Source: Candidatus Altiarchaeota archaeon
Lineage (GTDB): Archaea > Altiarchaeota > Altiarchaeia > IMC4 > SCGC-AAA252-I15
DNA: 64,000 nt
Reading direction: 5' to 3'
Assembly (NCBI GenBank): GCA_043800255.1
Contig: JAZDNF010000001.1
Coordinates: 226,438 to 290,437 of the forward strand
A program made the translations under genes and the position numbers. Below are positions 48,707-57,903 of this stretch, in pieces. A model generated the notes under the pieces. It saw only the letters and a program-made list of their open reading frames with translations. It did no database searches and had not been told where the DNA came from. The number at the start of each line of letters is the position of its first letter. Position 1 is the first letter of the stretch.

Positions 48707-49675
48707 TCAGAGGAAGCTTACCACTGCCGCAGCGCCGAATAATGCCTCAACTGCCAGTATCGTGAGTACTAGATTCCTCTCTCCTATTCCCTTGCTGAGG
48801 TACATTACCAGCCTGCCCCAGCCGTAGATTTCATTCCTGTCCTGGCAGACGAGCTTTTTGCCCCTCACATCGCACCATGATTGGGCCTTGAATCTGCCTC
48901 TCATCTTCAAAACCAGTTCCAGGAAGAACGGGATTATCAGTATTATGCCTGCCTTTTCTATGTTCCCTATGAGGACTGATGACGCCACCACAGCTCCTAT
49001 CGTCAGGGTTCCGACGTCTCCTATGAGCGTCTTCGCAGGATACCAGTTGTATCTTATGAATCCTATGAGCGCCCCGAGCATCGCGGTCGAGATTATGAGG
49101 GCTGATGTGCTGCCTGTGATAAAGCTTACTATGGCAATGGACAGGCACATTATCATCCCAAGACCTGCCTCCAGCCCATTGAAGCCTGCGAGCATGTTCA
49201 TAGCATTAGAGGCGCCTGTTATCGCAATGGGTATGAGCACAAAAACGTAGAATATCCCGAAGTTGACCTCTCCCAGCAGGGGGAGGGTCATCACCGTCGT
49301 TCCAGCCTTTACTGCCATCAGCGGGAGCGCTGCCAGCAGCGGGAGAGCGGCCTTCACGTGCTGCTTAACCATTATGAGGTCGTCTATGACTCCTATGAGC
49401 GTCATTATCAGGACTGTCGAGAGCGCTGCCAGTATGTATTTTAGTCCGACGGTTGCCGTCGTCATCTCAAAGCTTATCAGCCCTATTCCCAGGAGAACTC
49501 CGGCCACGAATCCTGCGGTTATTGCCAGCCCTCCCATCTCCGGCACTTCAGGGTTTCCCTCCTTGTTCATGTCCTTGCCTGATATGCCTGCCTCCGCCAG
49601 CTTTTTGGCCAGTCCGGGGGTGAGCAGGTAGGTCACTGCAAACGCCCCTGCCGGTATCAGAAGATATTCGAGCAT
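48707..49675 (-). CDS. aglH: UDP-GlcNAc:dolichyl-phosphate GlcNAc-1-phosphotransferase (AglH/Alg7-like)
   Basis: D.NK...VPEMGG, IDD, NAMNMLAGFNGLEAG and NWYPAK...GDVGT motifs. Confidence 0.85.
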   Translation of the reverse strand: MLEYLLIPAGAFAVTYLLTPGLAKKLAEAGISGKDMNKEGNPEVPEMGGLAITAGFVAGVLLGIGLISFEMTTATVGLKYILAALSTVLIMTLIGVIDDLIMVKQHVKAALPLLAALPLMAVKAGTTVMTLPLLGEVNFGIFYVFVLIPIAITGASNAMNMLAGFNGLEAGLGMIMCLSIAIVSFITGSTSALIISTAMLGALIGFIRYNWYPAKTLIGDVGTLTIGAVVASSVLIGNIEKAGIILIIPFFLELVLKMRGRFKAQSWCDVRGKKLVCQDRNEIYGWGRLVMYLSKGIGERNLVLTILAVEALFGAAAVVSFL

Positions 49676-49700
49676 GTCAATTATTGAAAAGCGTAAGGTA

Positions 49701-49732
49701 TTTATACTATTATGTGAAAATAATTTCACATA
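49701..49732 (+). promoter_or_regulatory. TATA box plus 9-4-9 inverted repeat, candidate ArsR-family operator
   Basis: TTTATA at 49701. TATGTGAAA-ATAA-TTTCACATA at 49711..49732 touches the start codon. Confidence 0.6.
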
Positions 49733-50022
49733 TGGACGACAGGTGCCGCCATTTTTTCAGCACGCTCGGAAGCGAGCTGAAGATTGGCATAATAATGGCC
49801 CTCAGAGAGAAGCCGATGTCAGTCTCGGAACTGTCGGAAAAGATAGGCGAGGAGAGGAGCAAAGTATCCCACGGCCTGCTCCTGCTGCAGAGATGCTACT
49901 TCGTAAAGTCCGAAAAAGAAGGCAGAAGCAGGATATACTGCCTCAACAAGGACACGATAGAGCCCCTGCTCTCCCTTGTCGAAAGGCACGCAAAGAAATA
50001 CTGCAAGGAATGTAATGTATAA
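49732..50022 (+). CDS. ArsR-family transcriptional regulator
   Basis: FFSTLG...I..L...MSV.EL...S.VSH.L..L...V...KEGR.RIY.LN, with Cys near both termini. Confidence 0.88.
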   Translation: MDDRCRHFFSTLGSELKIGIIMALREKPMSVSELSEKIGEERSKVSHGLLLLQRCYFVKSEKEGRSRIYCLNKDTIEPLLSLVERHAKKYCKECNV

Positions 50023-50033
50023 CAGGTGATAAC

Positions 50034-51218
50034 ATGAAAGTTGAAGTCAAAAAGGACGTCTACTGGGTCGGCGCTGTGGATTGGAGCATCAGGAGATTCC
50101 ACGGTTATACCTATTCAACGCACAGGGGGACAACCTACAATGCCTACCTGATAACGGACAGGAAGACGGCGCTGGTAGACACAGTCTACCCTCCGTTCGA
50201 GGAAGAGCTCATAAAGAGCATCTCAGAGCTGACCAAGCCTGACAGCATAGACTACATGATATGCAACCACGTCGAAGTCGACCACTCCGGAGCGATACCG
50301 AAGATCATGGAGTTGAACCCGAAGGCGGCACTAGTATGCTCCTCGAGGGGCAAGGACGGCCTCATCAAGCACTACGGCGGTGACTGGAACTACAAGGTCG
50401 TGAAGACCGGCGACGAAATCAAGCTCGGCTCAAAAACGCTGAAATTCATAGAGGCTCCGATGCTCCACTGGCCTGACAGCATGTTCACCTACATCCCGGA
50501 AGACAAGCTGCTTTTACCGAACGACGCATTCGGCCAGCATATTGCGACCTCAGAGCGGTTCGATGACGAAGTCGACAACCACATCCTCATGGACGAGGCT
50601 GCGAAATACTATGCGAACATACTCTGGCCTCTGAGCGGCCTGGTAGCCAGGAAGCTCAAAGACCTCGGCGGACTAGATGTCGACACCATAGCCCCCAGCC
50701 ACGGCATAATCTGGAGGAAAAACCCGAATCAGATTGTAGAAGCCTACGGCAGATGGGCTAACGGGGCGCACAAGAGGAAGGCTGTCATAGCATATGACAC
50801 AATGTGGGGCGCGACCGAGGCCATGGCCAACGCAATCGCCGACGGCCTCTCGTCCAAGGGAGTCAGCGTCATAGTCCGCAGGATACCTGTCTCAGACAGG
50901 GGCGACATAATAAAGGAGATGCTGGACGCCGCAGCAGTTATCATAGGCTCGTCAACCATAAACAACAGCATACTTCCGACTGTCGCATCCCTGCTGGAGG
51001 ACATAAAAGGCCTCAAGCCCGTCAACAAGGTGGGCTTCGCCTTCGGAGCCTACGGGTGGAGCGGGGGAGCGGTGAGGGACATAACGAACATCCTGCGCGA
51101 AGGCGGCCTCAAGGTCCCGTTGGAGAGCGTGCAGGCCAACTGGAAGCCGACGGAAGCCGAGTTGAAAAGATGCTTCGACGTTGGTGTTGAAATAGCCAAA
51201 CTTGTAGGTGAAAAATGA
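50034..51218 (+). CDS. fprA: flavodiiron protein (FprA/A-type flavoprotein)
   Basis: GTTYNAY, NHVEVDHSG, HWPDSM, DAFGQH and a flavodoxin domain with YGWSG. Confidence 0.95.
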   Translation: MKVEVKKDVYWVGAVDWSIRRFHGYTYSTHRGTTYNAYLITDRKTALVDTVYPPFEEELIKSISELTKPDSIDYMICNHVEVDHSGAIPKIMELNPKAALVCSSRGKDGLIKHYGGDWNYKVVKTGDEIKLGSKTLKFIEAPMLHWPDSMFTYIPEDKLLLPNDAFGQHIATSERFDDEVDNHILMDEAAKYYANILWPLSGLVARKLKDLGGLDVDTIAPSHGIIWRKNPNQIVEAYGRWANGAHKRKAVIAYDTMWGATEAMANAIADGLSSKGVSVIVRRIPVSDRGDIIKEMLDAAAVIIGSSTINNSILPTVASLLEDIKGLKPVNKVGFAFGAYGWSGGAVRDITNILREGGLKVPLESVQANWKPTEAELKRCFDVGVEIAKLVGEK

Positions 51219-52036
51219 AGAGGAAGATTATTGAAATAGACGAGAGAAAGTGCACAGGCTGCGGGCTGTGCATACCGAACTGCCCTGAGGGCGCACTTCA
51301 GATAATAGACGGGAAGGCGAGGCTGGTGTCTGACCTATTCTGCGACGGCCTCGGAGCGTGCATCGGCCACTGCCCTGAGGGGGCAATAGAGGTTATAGAG
51401 AGGGAGGCTGAACCTTACGACGAGAGGAAGGTCATGGCGAACATCGTCAAGCAGGGCGAGAACACGATAAAGGCTCACCTGGAGCACCTCAGAGGCCACA
51501 ATGAGACAGGATACCTGAAGCAGGCTCTAGATTATCTGAAGGAGAAGGGCATCGAAAACCCCCTGAAAAAAGGACCAGCCCACGAGCATCAAGAGTTCAA
51601 GGGCTGTCCAGGGTCGAGAACAATTGACATGAGAGGGGACAGGCCGAAAGCGCAATCAGACGTTGAACTCCAGTCGGAACTAGGTCAGTGGCCTGTCCAG
51701 TTCCACCTGGTCCCGGTGAATGCGCCCTACTTCGACAACGCCGACCTGCTCGTAGCTGCGGACTGCGTTCCATTCGCCTACGCAGACTTCCACAGGGAGT
51801 TCCTGAGAGGGAAGGCGCTCCTCATAGGCTGCCCGAAGCTGGATGACGCGCAATTCTACACGGAGAAGCTGACGCAGATACTCAAGGGCAATAACATAAA
51901 GTCCATATCAGTCGTGAACATGGAAGTGCCATGCTGTTTCGGCCTCCAGCGTCTCGTCGAGGAGGCGATAAAAGCGTCGGGGAAGGTCATACCATTCAGG
52001 CAGACGATAATCTCGATAGACGGCAGGAAAAAATGA
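51215..52036 (+). CDS. 4Fe-4S dicluster protein with C-terminal Cys-rich domain
   Basis: CTGCGLCIPNCPEG, CDGLGACIGHCP, WPVQ, GCPKLD and MEVPCC motifs. Confidence 0.9.
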   Translation: MKRKIIEIDERKCTGCGLCIPNCPEGALQIIDGKARLVSDLFCDGLGACIGHCPEGAIEVIEREAEPYDERKVMANIVKQGENTIKAHLEHLRGHNETGYLKQALDYLKEKGIENPLKKGPAHEHQEFKGCPGSRTIDMRGDRPKAQSDVELQSELGQWPVQFHLVPVNAPYFDNADLLVAADCVPFAYADFHREFLRGKALLIGCPKLDDAQFYTEKLTQILKGNNIKSISVVNMEVPCCFGLQRLVEEAIKASGKVIPFRQTIISIDGRKK

Positions 52037-52311
52037 AGGACGAGAAGCGGGCGAAGCTGGCTGAGGAGGGCAAATGCCCGGGCTCGGAGGACATCAGAAG
52101 ACCGAGGCCTGAATACATAAGGTGTCCGTCCTGCGGCGAGGAGGTTGAAGTCTGGACTGACGAGCTGGAGGGGAAGTGCGGGGAATGCGGCGCCACAGTC
52201 TCGAAGGAGGGTTACATGTCCTGCATAGAATGGTGCGAGAAGGCTGAAGAATGCCTCGGCACCGAAAAATACAACCAGATGATAAGGCAGAAGAAACCTC
52301 CAAAGGACTGA
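52033..52311 (+). CDS. small Cys-rich zinc-ribbon protein
   Basis: KCPG, CPSCGEEVEVWTDE, CGECG and SCIEWC..A.ECLG motifs. Confidence 0.8.
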   Translation: MKDEKRAKLAEEGKCPGSEDIRRPRPEYIRCPSCGEEVEVWTDELEGKCGECGATVSKEGYMSCIEWCEKAEECLGTEKYNQMIRQKKPPKD

Positions 52312-52363
52312 GACCAAAAAGGATTTTAAATAGATAACTCCTATAAATTAGCCACCATAAAAT

Positions 52364-52551
52364 GCGGCCGTAGTGTAGCCTGGTTTATCACTCGAGCTTG
52401 CCACAACCTTTTCTTTCAGAGAAAGAAAAGCGCGACGAAGACTAAAGGTCTTCGTGCGCAACGAGACAAAAGTCTCGTTTGCGTTGACGAAAAGAAAGAA
52501 CGTTAAGGTTGCAATGAGCTTGCGACTCGGGTTCGAATCCCGACGGCCGCA
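52364..52551 (+). tRNA. tRNA-Gly(GCC) with 113-nt intron at 37/38 (52404..52516)
   Basis: Acceptor stem GCGGCCG/CGGCCGC, T arm TCGGG-TTCGAAT-CCCGA, anticodon stem CGAGC/GCTTG. The bulge-helix-bulge has central helix TTGC/GCAA, bulges CA^C and TG^A, and outer helix AACC/GGTT. Confidence 0.92.
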
Positions 52552-52689
52552 TCCGAATCACTAGGAAGCATCGCTTCCTGTGCGCAGCGACCAAAGGTCG
52601 CTTGCGTTCCGGATGAGGAAGAGGCGGCGTGCGGCTGCGTCGCAGCCTTAGCCGTCTGCTGTTCAATTCGAATCCCCGCGGCCGCATCC
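52552..52689 (+). repeat. hairpin cluster ending in a duplicate of the tRNA 3' end
   Basis: Three stem-loops followed by TTCGAATCCCCGCGGCCGCATCC (52667..52689), which is 21/23 identical to 52532..52554. Confidence 0.75.
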
Positions 52690-52719
52690 TCCTGTCCTGT
52701 TCTGAGAAGCTGGTTGGAG

Positions 52720-52917
52720 TCAGATGAGGCCTAGGAATTTCTTGCGCCTGTTCTTCTTTTCCGCCTCTGAAAGATCGTCGACGATGCTGTCGATTCTGCT
52801 CTTCCTGGCTCCTCCGAGGGATGTTCCCTCCGAGCTTGAGGGGTCCAAGTCTTTGGCTATGTCGGCTGAGATGCCAGTAGGCTCCCGCCTGCGGTTTCTG
52901 AAAGCAGTGTTTTCCAT
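52720..52917 (-). CDS. small hypothetical protein
   Basis: 65-aa ATG ORF filling an intergenic gap. No family recognised. Confidence 0.4.
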   Translation of the reverse strand: MENTAFRNRRREPTGISADIAKDLDPSSSEGTSLGGARKSRIDSIVDDLSEAEKKNRRKKFLGLI

Positions 52918-53034
52918 AATTTGTCTTAGAGAATCCGCGCATGAGCTAATAAATCTATGGTTGATAGCGGTTGTGTGGATGAGAGTTTGAAGTTTCTGAC
53001 ATGTATTTAAGTCTGCAGGATTTATTCCTTTAGT

Positions 53035-54030
53035 ATGTTCTTGCTATTGTTGAACCTGGTGCTGTTTTTGTTTTCAGTCTACCTGATACTCGTTGGTTCA
53101 GACTGGATTACCGACTCCTCTATCCATGTTGCGCGGAGGCTTGAGACGAGCAGCATGGCAGTCGGTTTGATTGTCATATCGTTCCTTTTAAGCCTGCCGG
53201 AGCTTGTCATCGCAGTCTCATCAATCGTCAAAGGGCATCCGTCTCTCGGTTTCGGCGCGGCGATTGGTTCGGTCATAGTGAACATAGGGCTGATTGTTGG
53301 CCTCTCGGCCATCATCCGCCCAATGAGGGTTCCTAGGATTATGGTGACGAGGGACATGATTTTCATGGTCGTCGTTTCCATCGTCGTTGTTGCGATGGCA
53401 TTGGAGGATAGGCACCTGAGCAGGACCGACGGTTTCGTCTTCCTTCTGTTGTTCGTCCCGTATGTGATCAACGTCTATGAGCAGGAGCGGAATCTCACGC
53501 TCCATGAGAGGAAGCTTAAGGCTGAGAAGATGACCGAGGCGCTTGATATGTATGGTGACTATAAGGTCCACTCTAAATCGCATCGCGGCATAGGGCATTT
53601 TATCATCGGGTTTGTTCTCCTCCTAATCGGTTCTGAGATTTTCCTGAGGCTGCTGCTTAAGGTAACGGTTTACCTGAGCCTGCCAGAGCTTCTTGTGGGC
53701 GTAACCTTGGGGGCTTTGGGACCGAGCATTCCCAATCTGGCAACCGCTTTGGGTGCGGCTAGGAAGGGCGTGGAGGAGCTTGTCATATCCGAGACAATAG
53801 GCTCGAACATCTTCACCCTTCTCATAACTATCGGCATCATAGCATTGTTGAATCCCATAGTCATCGACGATGTAACCGCGTGGGTGACCGCACCTGCCTT
53901 GCTTTTGGTGACTTTCATACTCCTGATAGCGATGCTGGGCGGTCACGTGAAACGGGTGCACGCCATCCTACTATTGCTGGTCTACATTTCAACATTGATA
54001 GCGGAGTTCCTGTTCAGGGGCATGATATAG
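53035..54030 (+). CDS. Na+/Ca2+ exchanger (CaCA, YrbG-like)
   Basis: Two alpha-repeats, SLPEL...GSVIVN and SIPNL...IGSNIF. Confidence 0.88.
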   Translation: MFLLLLNLVLFLFSVYLILVGSDWITDSSIHVARRLETSSMAVGLIVISFLLSLPELVIAVSSIVKGHPSLGFGAAIGSVIVNIGLIVGLSAIIRPMRVPRIMVTRDMIFMVVVSIVVVAMALEDRHLSRTDGFVFLLLFVPYVINVYEQERNLTLHERKLKAEKMTEALDMYGDYKVHSKSHRGIGHFIIGFVLLLIGSEIFLRLLLKVTVYLSLPELLVGVTLGALGPSIPNLATALGAARKGVEELVISETIGSNIFTLLITIGIIALLNPIVIDDVTAWVTAPALLLVTFILLIAMLGGHVKRVHAILLLLVYISTLIAEFLFRGMI

Positions 54031-54040
54031 TGCCGGCGTC

Positions 54041-54370
54041 TCACAGGTTTCTCATCAGTTTTCTTATTTTTTTGTCCTTTATCCTGTAGAATGTCAGCTT
54101 TCCCACAGGGTAGTCCTCTATCATGCCGTTGTCCTTCAGTTTCGCGAGGTGCTGGCTTATGTTCGGCTGCCTTTTTCCCAGAAGCTCTGCTAGGACGCAC
54201 ACGCACACGTCCTTTTCTGCCAGGATGTTGAGTATGCTCAGGCGGGTGGGGTGGGCGAGGAGCTTCAGGAGGTTTGCGGTCTCTTTCGCCTTCTGCCTTG
54301 ATGGCAGCCTTCTCTTAAGGCGTTTTGCATCCTCCAGGCACCTGCACGCTTCCTCCTCCGTTATCGGCAT
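54041..54370 (-). CDS. arsR: ArsR/SmtB regulator with CVC metal(loid) site
   Basis: LAHPTRL.IL...VCVCVL...QPNISQHL..LK. Divergent from acr3. Confidence 0.9.
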   Translation of the reverse strand: MPITEEEACRCLEDAKRLKRRLPSRQKAKETANLLKLLAHPTRLSILNILAEKDVCVCVLAELLGKRQPNISQHLAKLKDNGMIEDYPVGKLTFYRIKDKKIRKLMRNL

Positions 54371-54406
54371 GTTAGCTACTGGCTTTTAAGCTTTATATCC
54401 CTATAA

Positions 54407-54430
54407 TCATATTCGAAAAATCGAATATGA
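54407..54430. promoter_or_regulatory. perfect 10-4-10 inverted repeat, candidate ArsR operator
   Basis: TCATATTCGA-AAAA-TCGAATATGA overlaps the acr3 ATG. TTTATAT lies at 54392. Confidence 0.7.
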
Positions 54431-55476
54431 AAAAATCGAGCGAAGAAACAAAATCTCTCGGCATCTTCGAGAAATACCTGACGCTGTGGGTGATTCTGTG
54501 CATAATCTCCGGGATACTGGTTGGTCAATTCATGCCCTCCCTACCGAAGCTGCTTTCGCAGTTCGAGTATGCCAAAGTATCCCTCCCGGTCGCAATCCTC
54601 ATATGGCTTATGATTTATCCGATGATGGTGCAAATCGACTTCAAAAGCGTTTTAGATGTCAGAAAAAAGCCGAAAGGTCTGATATTGACTCTCGCAGTGA
54701 ACTGGCTCATCAAGCCATTTACGATGTTCGCGTTCGCCTACCTGTTCTTCAAGATAGTCTTCTCAGGGCTCATTGAACCTGGCCTGGCTGATGAGTATCT
54801 TGCCGGGGCGATACTTTTGGGTGCTGCGCCGTGCACGGCAATGGTCTTCGTTTGGAGCTATCTAACCCGGGGAGACCCCAATTATACTCTCGTCCAGGTT
54901 TCCGTGAATGATCTGGTTCTCATATTCGCGTATGCGCCCATAGTCATGTTCCTATTGGGTTTGGGCAGCATCACAGTACCCTATGATACTGTGCTTCTTT
55001 CCGTCCTGCTTTACATAGTCTTGCCCCTGATTGCAGGGTATCTGTCCAGGAGTTACCTGATTCGTACGAGAGGAGTTGACTGGTTTGAGGGGAAGTTCAT
55101 AAAAAAACTGCAACCTATTACGATATCCGCCCTGCTTTTGACGCTGATAATACTGTTCTCATTTCAGGGCGAGATAATACTGAAAAACCCTCTTCATGTC
55201 ATTTTGATTGGAATACCTCTTGCCATTCAGACGTTCTTCATATTTGCGATAGCCTACGGGTGGGCGAGGCTCTGGCGGCTGCCGCATAACATCGCCGCCC
55301 CCGCTGGTATGATCGGGGCGAGCAATTTTTTCGAGCTTGCGGTGGCAGTGGCAATTTCACTTTTCGGTTTATCCTCTGGGGCGGCGCTTGCCACAGTGGT
55401 TGGTGTTTTAGAGGAGGTTCCCATAATGTTAATCCTGGTGTCAATAGCGAACAGCACAAGACACTGGTTTCAATGA
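54427..55476 (+). CDS. acr3: ACR3 family arsenite efflux transporter
   Basis: [40 protein letters not shown] and VGVLEEVP motifs. Confidence 0.96.
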   Translation: MKKSSEETKSLGIFEKYLTLWVILCIISGILVGQFMPSLPKLLSQFEYAKVSLPVAILIWLMIYPMMVQIDFKSVLDVRKKPKGLILTLAVNWLIKPFTMFAFAYLFFKIVFSGLIEPGLADEYLAGAILLGAAPCTAMVFVWSYLTRGDPNYTLVQVSVNDLVLIFAYAPIVMFLLGLGSITVPYDTVLLSVLLYIVLPLIAGYLSRSYLIRTRGVDWFEGKFIKKLQPITISALLLTLIILFSFQGEIILKNPLHVILIGIPLAIQTFFIFAIAYGWARLWRLPHNIAAPAGMIGASNFFELAVAVAISLFGLSSGAALATVVGVLEEVPIMLILVSIANSTRHWFQ

Positions 55477-55486
55477 GGTGATACAT

Positions 55487-55621
55487 ATGGAAGAGAAAAA
55501 GAAAGGATTTTTTTCCAAACTGTTTGGAAAAGTGGACGAGAAGCTGGAGGAAAAATCACAGCAGTCCTGCAGTTGCTGTGACAGGCCCAAGAAGAGGGAA
55601 AAGGACACAGGGTGTTGCTAG
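55487..55621 (+). CDS. 44-aa Cys-rich peptide
   Basis: GAGGTGA RBS. MEEKKKGFFSKLFGKVDEKLEEKSQQSCSCCDRPKKREKDTGCC* fills the acr3-arsP gap. It is below the ORF-track size cutoff. Confidence 0.75.
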   Translation: MEEKKKGFFSKLFGKVDEKLEEKSQQSCSCCDRPKKREKDTGCC

Positions 55622-55624
55622 TAA

Positions 55625-56584
55625 ATGCTCCAGGAAACCGTTGACTGGCTGGTTCAGTCGCTGTTAGGGTTGGAGAGCGGTGCGAAGGCTGCCGAGACTG
55701 TGAACTTTTTCATCTACGACAGCATTAAGATACTCCTGCTGTTGTATTTTATGATATGGTTCATCGGCGTATTGCGAACCTACATTCCCCAGAAAAAAGT
55801 GAGGCGCTGGCTTGGCGGTGGGAAACTGGGAGTGAGCTACATAATTGCGGCATTGTTCGGCGCGGTGACGCCGTTCTGCACGTGCTCTTCGATACCTATA
55901 TTCATGAGTTTTATCCGGGCTGGAGTCCCGTTGGGGCCGGCTTTTTCGTTTCTGGTCACTTCTCCGCTCATCAACGAGTATCTTGCTGTGCTGATGTTCG
56001 GTTTCTTCGGGTTGAAGGTAACGGTGGCGTATATCCTGTTCGGGCTGTTGCTTGGCATAGTATCCGGGGTTCTGATAGACAGGCTAAAGGTTGAGCGTTT
56101 TATTGTTGAGGATTTGAGACTCAAAGCTGTTGAAGAAAAGGAGGCAGAGTACAAGAGGTTCATCGAGAGGGTGGATTATGGGCGTCGGGAGGCGTCTTCC
56201 ATAGTGAAGAAGCTTTGGCTGTGGGTTCTTCTTGGAGTTGGCGTGGGCGCGCTGATACATGGTTTCATCCCTGAGGAGACAATCCAAAGCGTTCTTGAGA
56301 AGACTGGCGTTTTTTCTGTTCCGCTGGCGGTGCTTGTCGGAGTGCCTCTTTATGCTAATTGCAGCGCGGTCGTTCCAATAGCAGTCGTCCTCTTCCAGAA
56401 GGGCGTGCCTCTTGGGACGGCGTTGGCTTTTATGATGGCTACTGCGGCGTTGAGCTTGCCGGAGGCTGTAATACTTAGGAGGGTTATGAAGCTGCAGCTT
56501 ATTGTAATATTCTTCAGCATGGTTGCAGCGGGGATAATGTTGATAGGTTATGCATTCAACCTACTACCTAACATTCTGATCTAG
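55625..56584 (+). CDS. arsP: ArsP-like (DUF318) permease
   Basis: FFIYDSIKI, TPFCTCSSIP, GVPLY and ALSLPEA..L motifs. Confidence 0.9.
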   Translation: MLQETVDWLVQSLLGLESGAKAAETVNFFIYDSIKILLLLYFMIWFIGVLRTYIPQKKVRRWLGGGKLGVSYIIAALFGAVTPFCTCSSIPIFMSFIRAGVPLGPAFSFLVTSPLINEYLAVLMFGFFGLKVTVAYILFGLLLGIVSGVLIDRLKVERFIVEDLRLKAVEEKEAEYKRFIERVDYGRREASSIVKKLWLWVLLGVGVGALIHGFIPEETIQSVLEKTGVFSVPLAVLVGVPLYANCSAVVPIAVVLFQKGVPLGTALAFMMATAALSLPEAVILRRVMKLQLIVIFFSMVAAGIMLIGYAFNLLPNILI

Positions 56585-56667
56585 GGGCGAAGTCCCACCA
56601 CTGGAGGTTTGGGTTCGCGTATTTGTGGCTGTTTTTATATTAGTACTACTATACTTATATAAGTAAA

Positions 56668-57264
56668 ATGTTACTTAATAGCGCTATCTTAACAGTTATG
56701 GACCCCTTCCTAAGGGACTTGAACGCCTCGTACCACGGCAGCGGGATAGCCCACAAAAGCAGGTTAAACCAGAAGACTGTGGCAAACACGCTCAACAGCC
56801 TCGAAGGGGAAGGGCTTCTAAGAAGCAGGATCGTGGGAAAGAACAAGGAATTCAGGCTATGCTTCGATGACCGTGAAAAAGTGATGCGGTTCCTCCTTTC
56901 TCTTGAGAATGCGAGGTCCGCAAGGTTCTTGGATGAACATCCTAGGATAAAGGAGTTTGTGGCAAAAACTAAGCCCCACTTCAGGGGTATCGTAGTAGTG
57001 TTTGGGAGTTATGCGAAAGAAACGCAAAAGAAAGACTCGGATTTAGACCTACTATCTGTCGGCGAATACGATGCTAAACAGGTGGGGGAAGTCGCCGAAC
57101 TCTACGGCATACATGTGAGCGTCAAAAATATGAGATTAAAGGACTTTATTCAGGCATTAAGGGAGAAAGACCTCTTCATAAACGAAGTGGTGTCAGGCCA
57201 CATGATAATCCGAGGTATAGAAAGCTACTTGGAAAACGTTGTGAGAGAATACTATGGCAGATAA
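56668..57264 (+). CDS. wHTH-fused minimal nucleotidyltransferase (MNT antitoxin)
   Basis: N-terminal wHTH and VFGSYAK...DSDLDL. The palindrome TACTTATATAAGTA (56652..56665) lies just upstream. Confidence 0.88.
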   Translation: MLLNSAILTVMDPFLRDLNASYHGSGIAHKSRLNQKTVANTLNSLEGEGLLRSRIVGKNKEFRLCFDDREKVMRFLLSLENARSARFLDEHPRIKEFVAKTKPHFRGIVVVFGSYAKETQKKDSDLDLLSVGEYDAKQVGEVAELYGIHVSVKNMRLKDFIQALREKDLFINEVVSGHMIIRGIESYLENVVREYYGR

Positions 57265-57736
57265 GATCCGATGGTGCATCCGGCAAAAGAGAGGCATAGA
57301 GTTGATTGAGCCGAGCGAGAACCTCGCTAAAGCGTACCTGCAGAAAGCTGAGAAAGCCTTGGAGTCGATGAAAGCCAATGAAGGGAACACAGAGTGGGAG
57401 ATACCTTCAGGATACTATGCAATGTACTTTTCAGTATACGCTATACTAATGCGGTTGGGCGTTAAGTCGGAGATACACTCCTGTACAATAGAGTTTGTGA
57501 GAGTCTACCTCAACGAGTACTTCACAGATGAGGAAATGGAACTCCTTGCCACATCACAAGAAGCTAGAATAGACGCCCAATACTACGTCGGACGCAGAAT
57601 AAACATCCGGATTCATCAAAAGATCATCCGCGAGGCGCCAGACCTTATGATAAAATGCAAAAACATTCTGCCAAAAATCAGTGACTCCAAGATAGGCGAA
57701 ATCAGAGAGGATCTAAGGAAAAAAATAAGCGGATGA
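57254..57736 (+). CDS. HEPN domain protein
   Basis: YL.KA..AL, YYAMY, SEIHSC and RIDAQY motifs. Overlaps the MNT gene. Confidence 0.88.
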   Translation: MADKIRWCIRQKRGIELIEPSENLAKAYLQKAEKALESMKANEGNTEWEIPSGYYAMYFSVYAILMRLGVKSEIHSCTIEFVRVYLNEYFTDEEMELLATSQEARIDAQYYVGRRINIRIHQKIIREAPDLMIKCKNILPKISDSKIGEIREDLRKKISG

Positions 57737-57903
57737 GGAGGTTAACCAATGAAAACAAAATCCTACCCACTCCTCAGCATTGCCGAAGTCTATCGTTTTT
57801 CAACCCGACTGAAACTTTTCTTCAAGTCTCACCTTCTGCATATTGTCGTGTGATTTGGCTTAACTGCCTTTATTAAGGTGTTTTACTTATTATACTTATT
57901 GAG

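Noticed and set aside
52552-52689. Second tRNA or split-tRNA half
   Set aside because: Only the T-loop and 3' acceptor strand are present. The 5' T-stem strand does not pair and no BHB-forming leader is evident.
52442-52942. 166-aa - strand ORF over the tRNA
   Set aside because: It is antisense to the tRNA and hairpins and has no protein-like features.
57749-57877. Short ORF MKTKSYPLLSIAEV... after HEPN with a GAGGAGG RBS
   Set aside because: About 42 aa with no recognisable features, so it cannot be supported.
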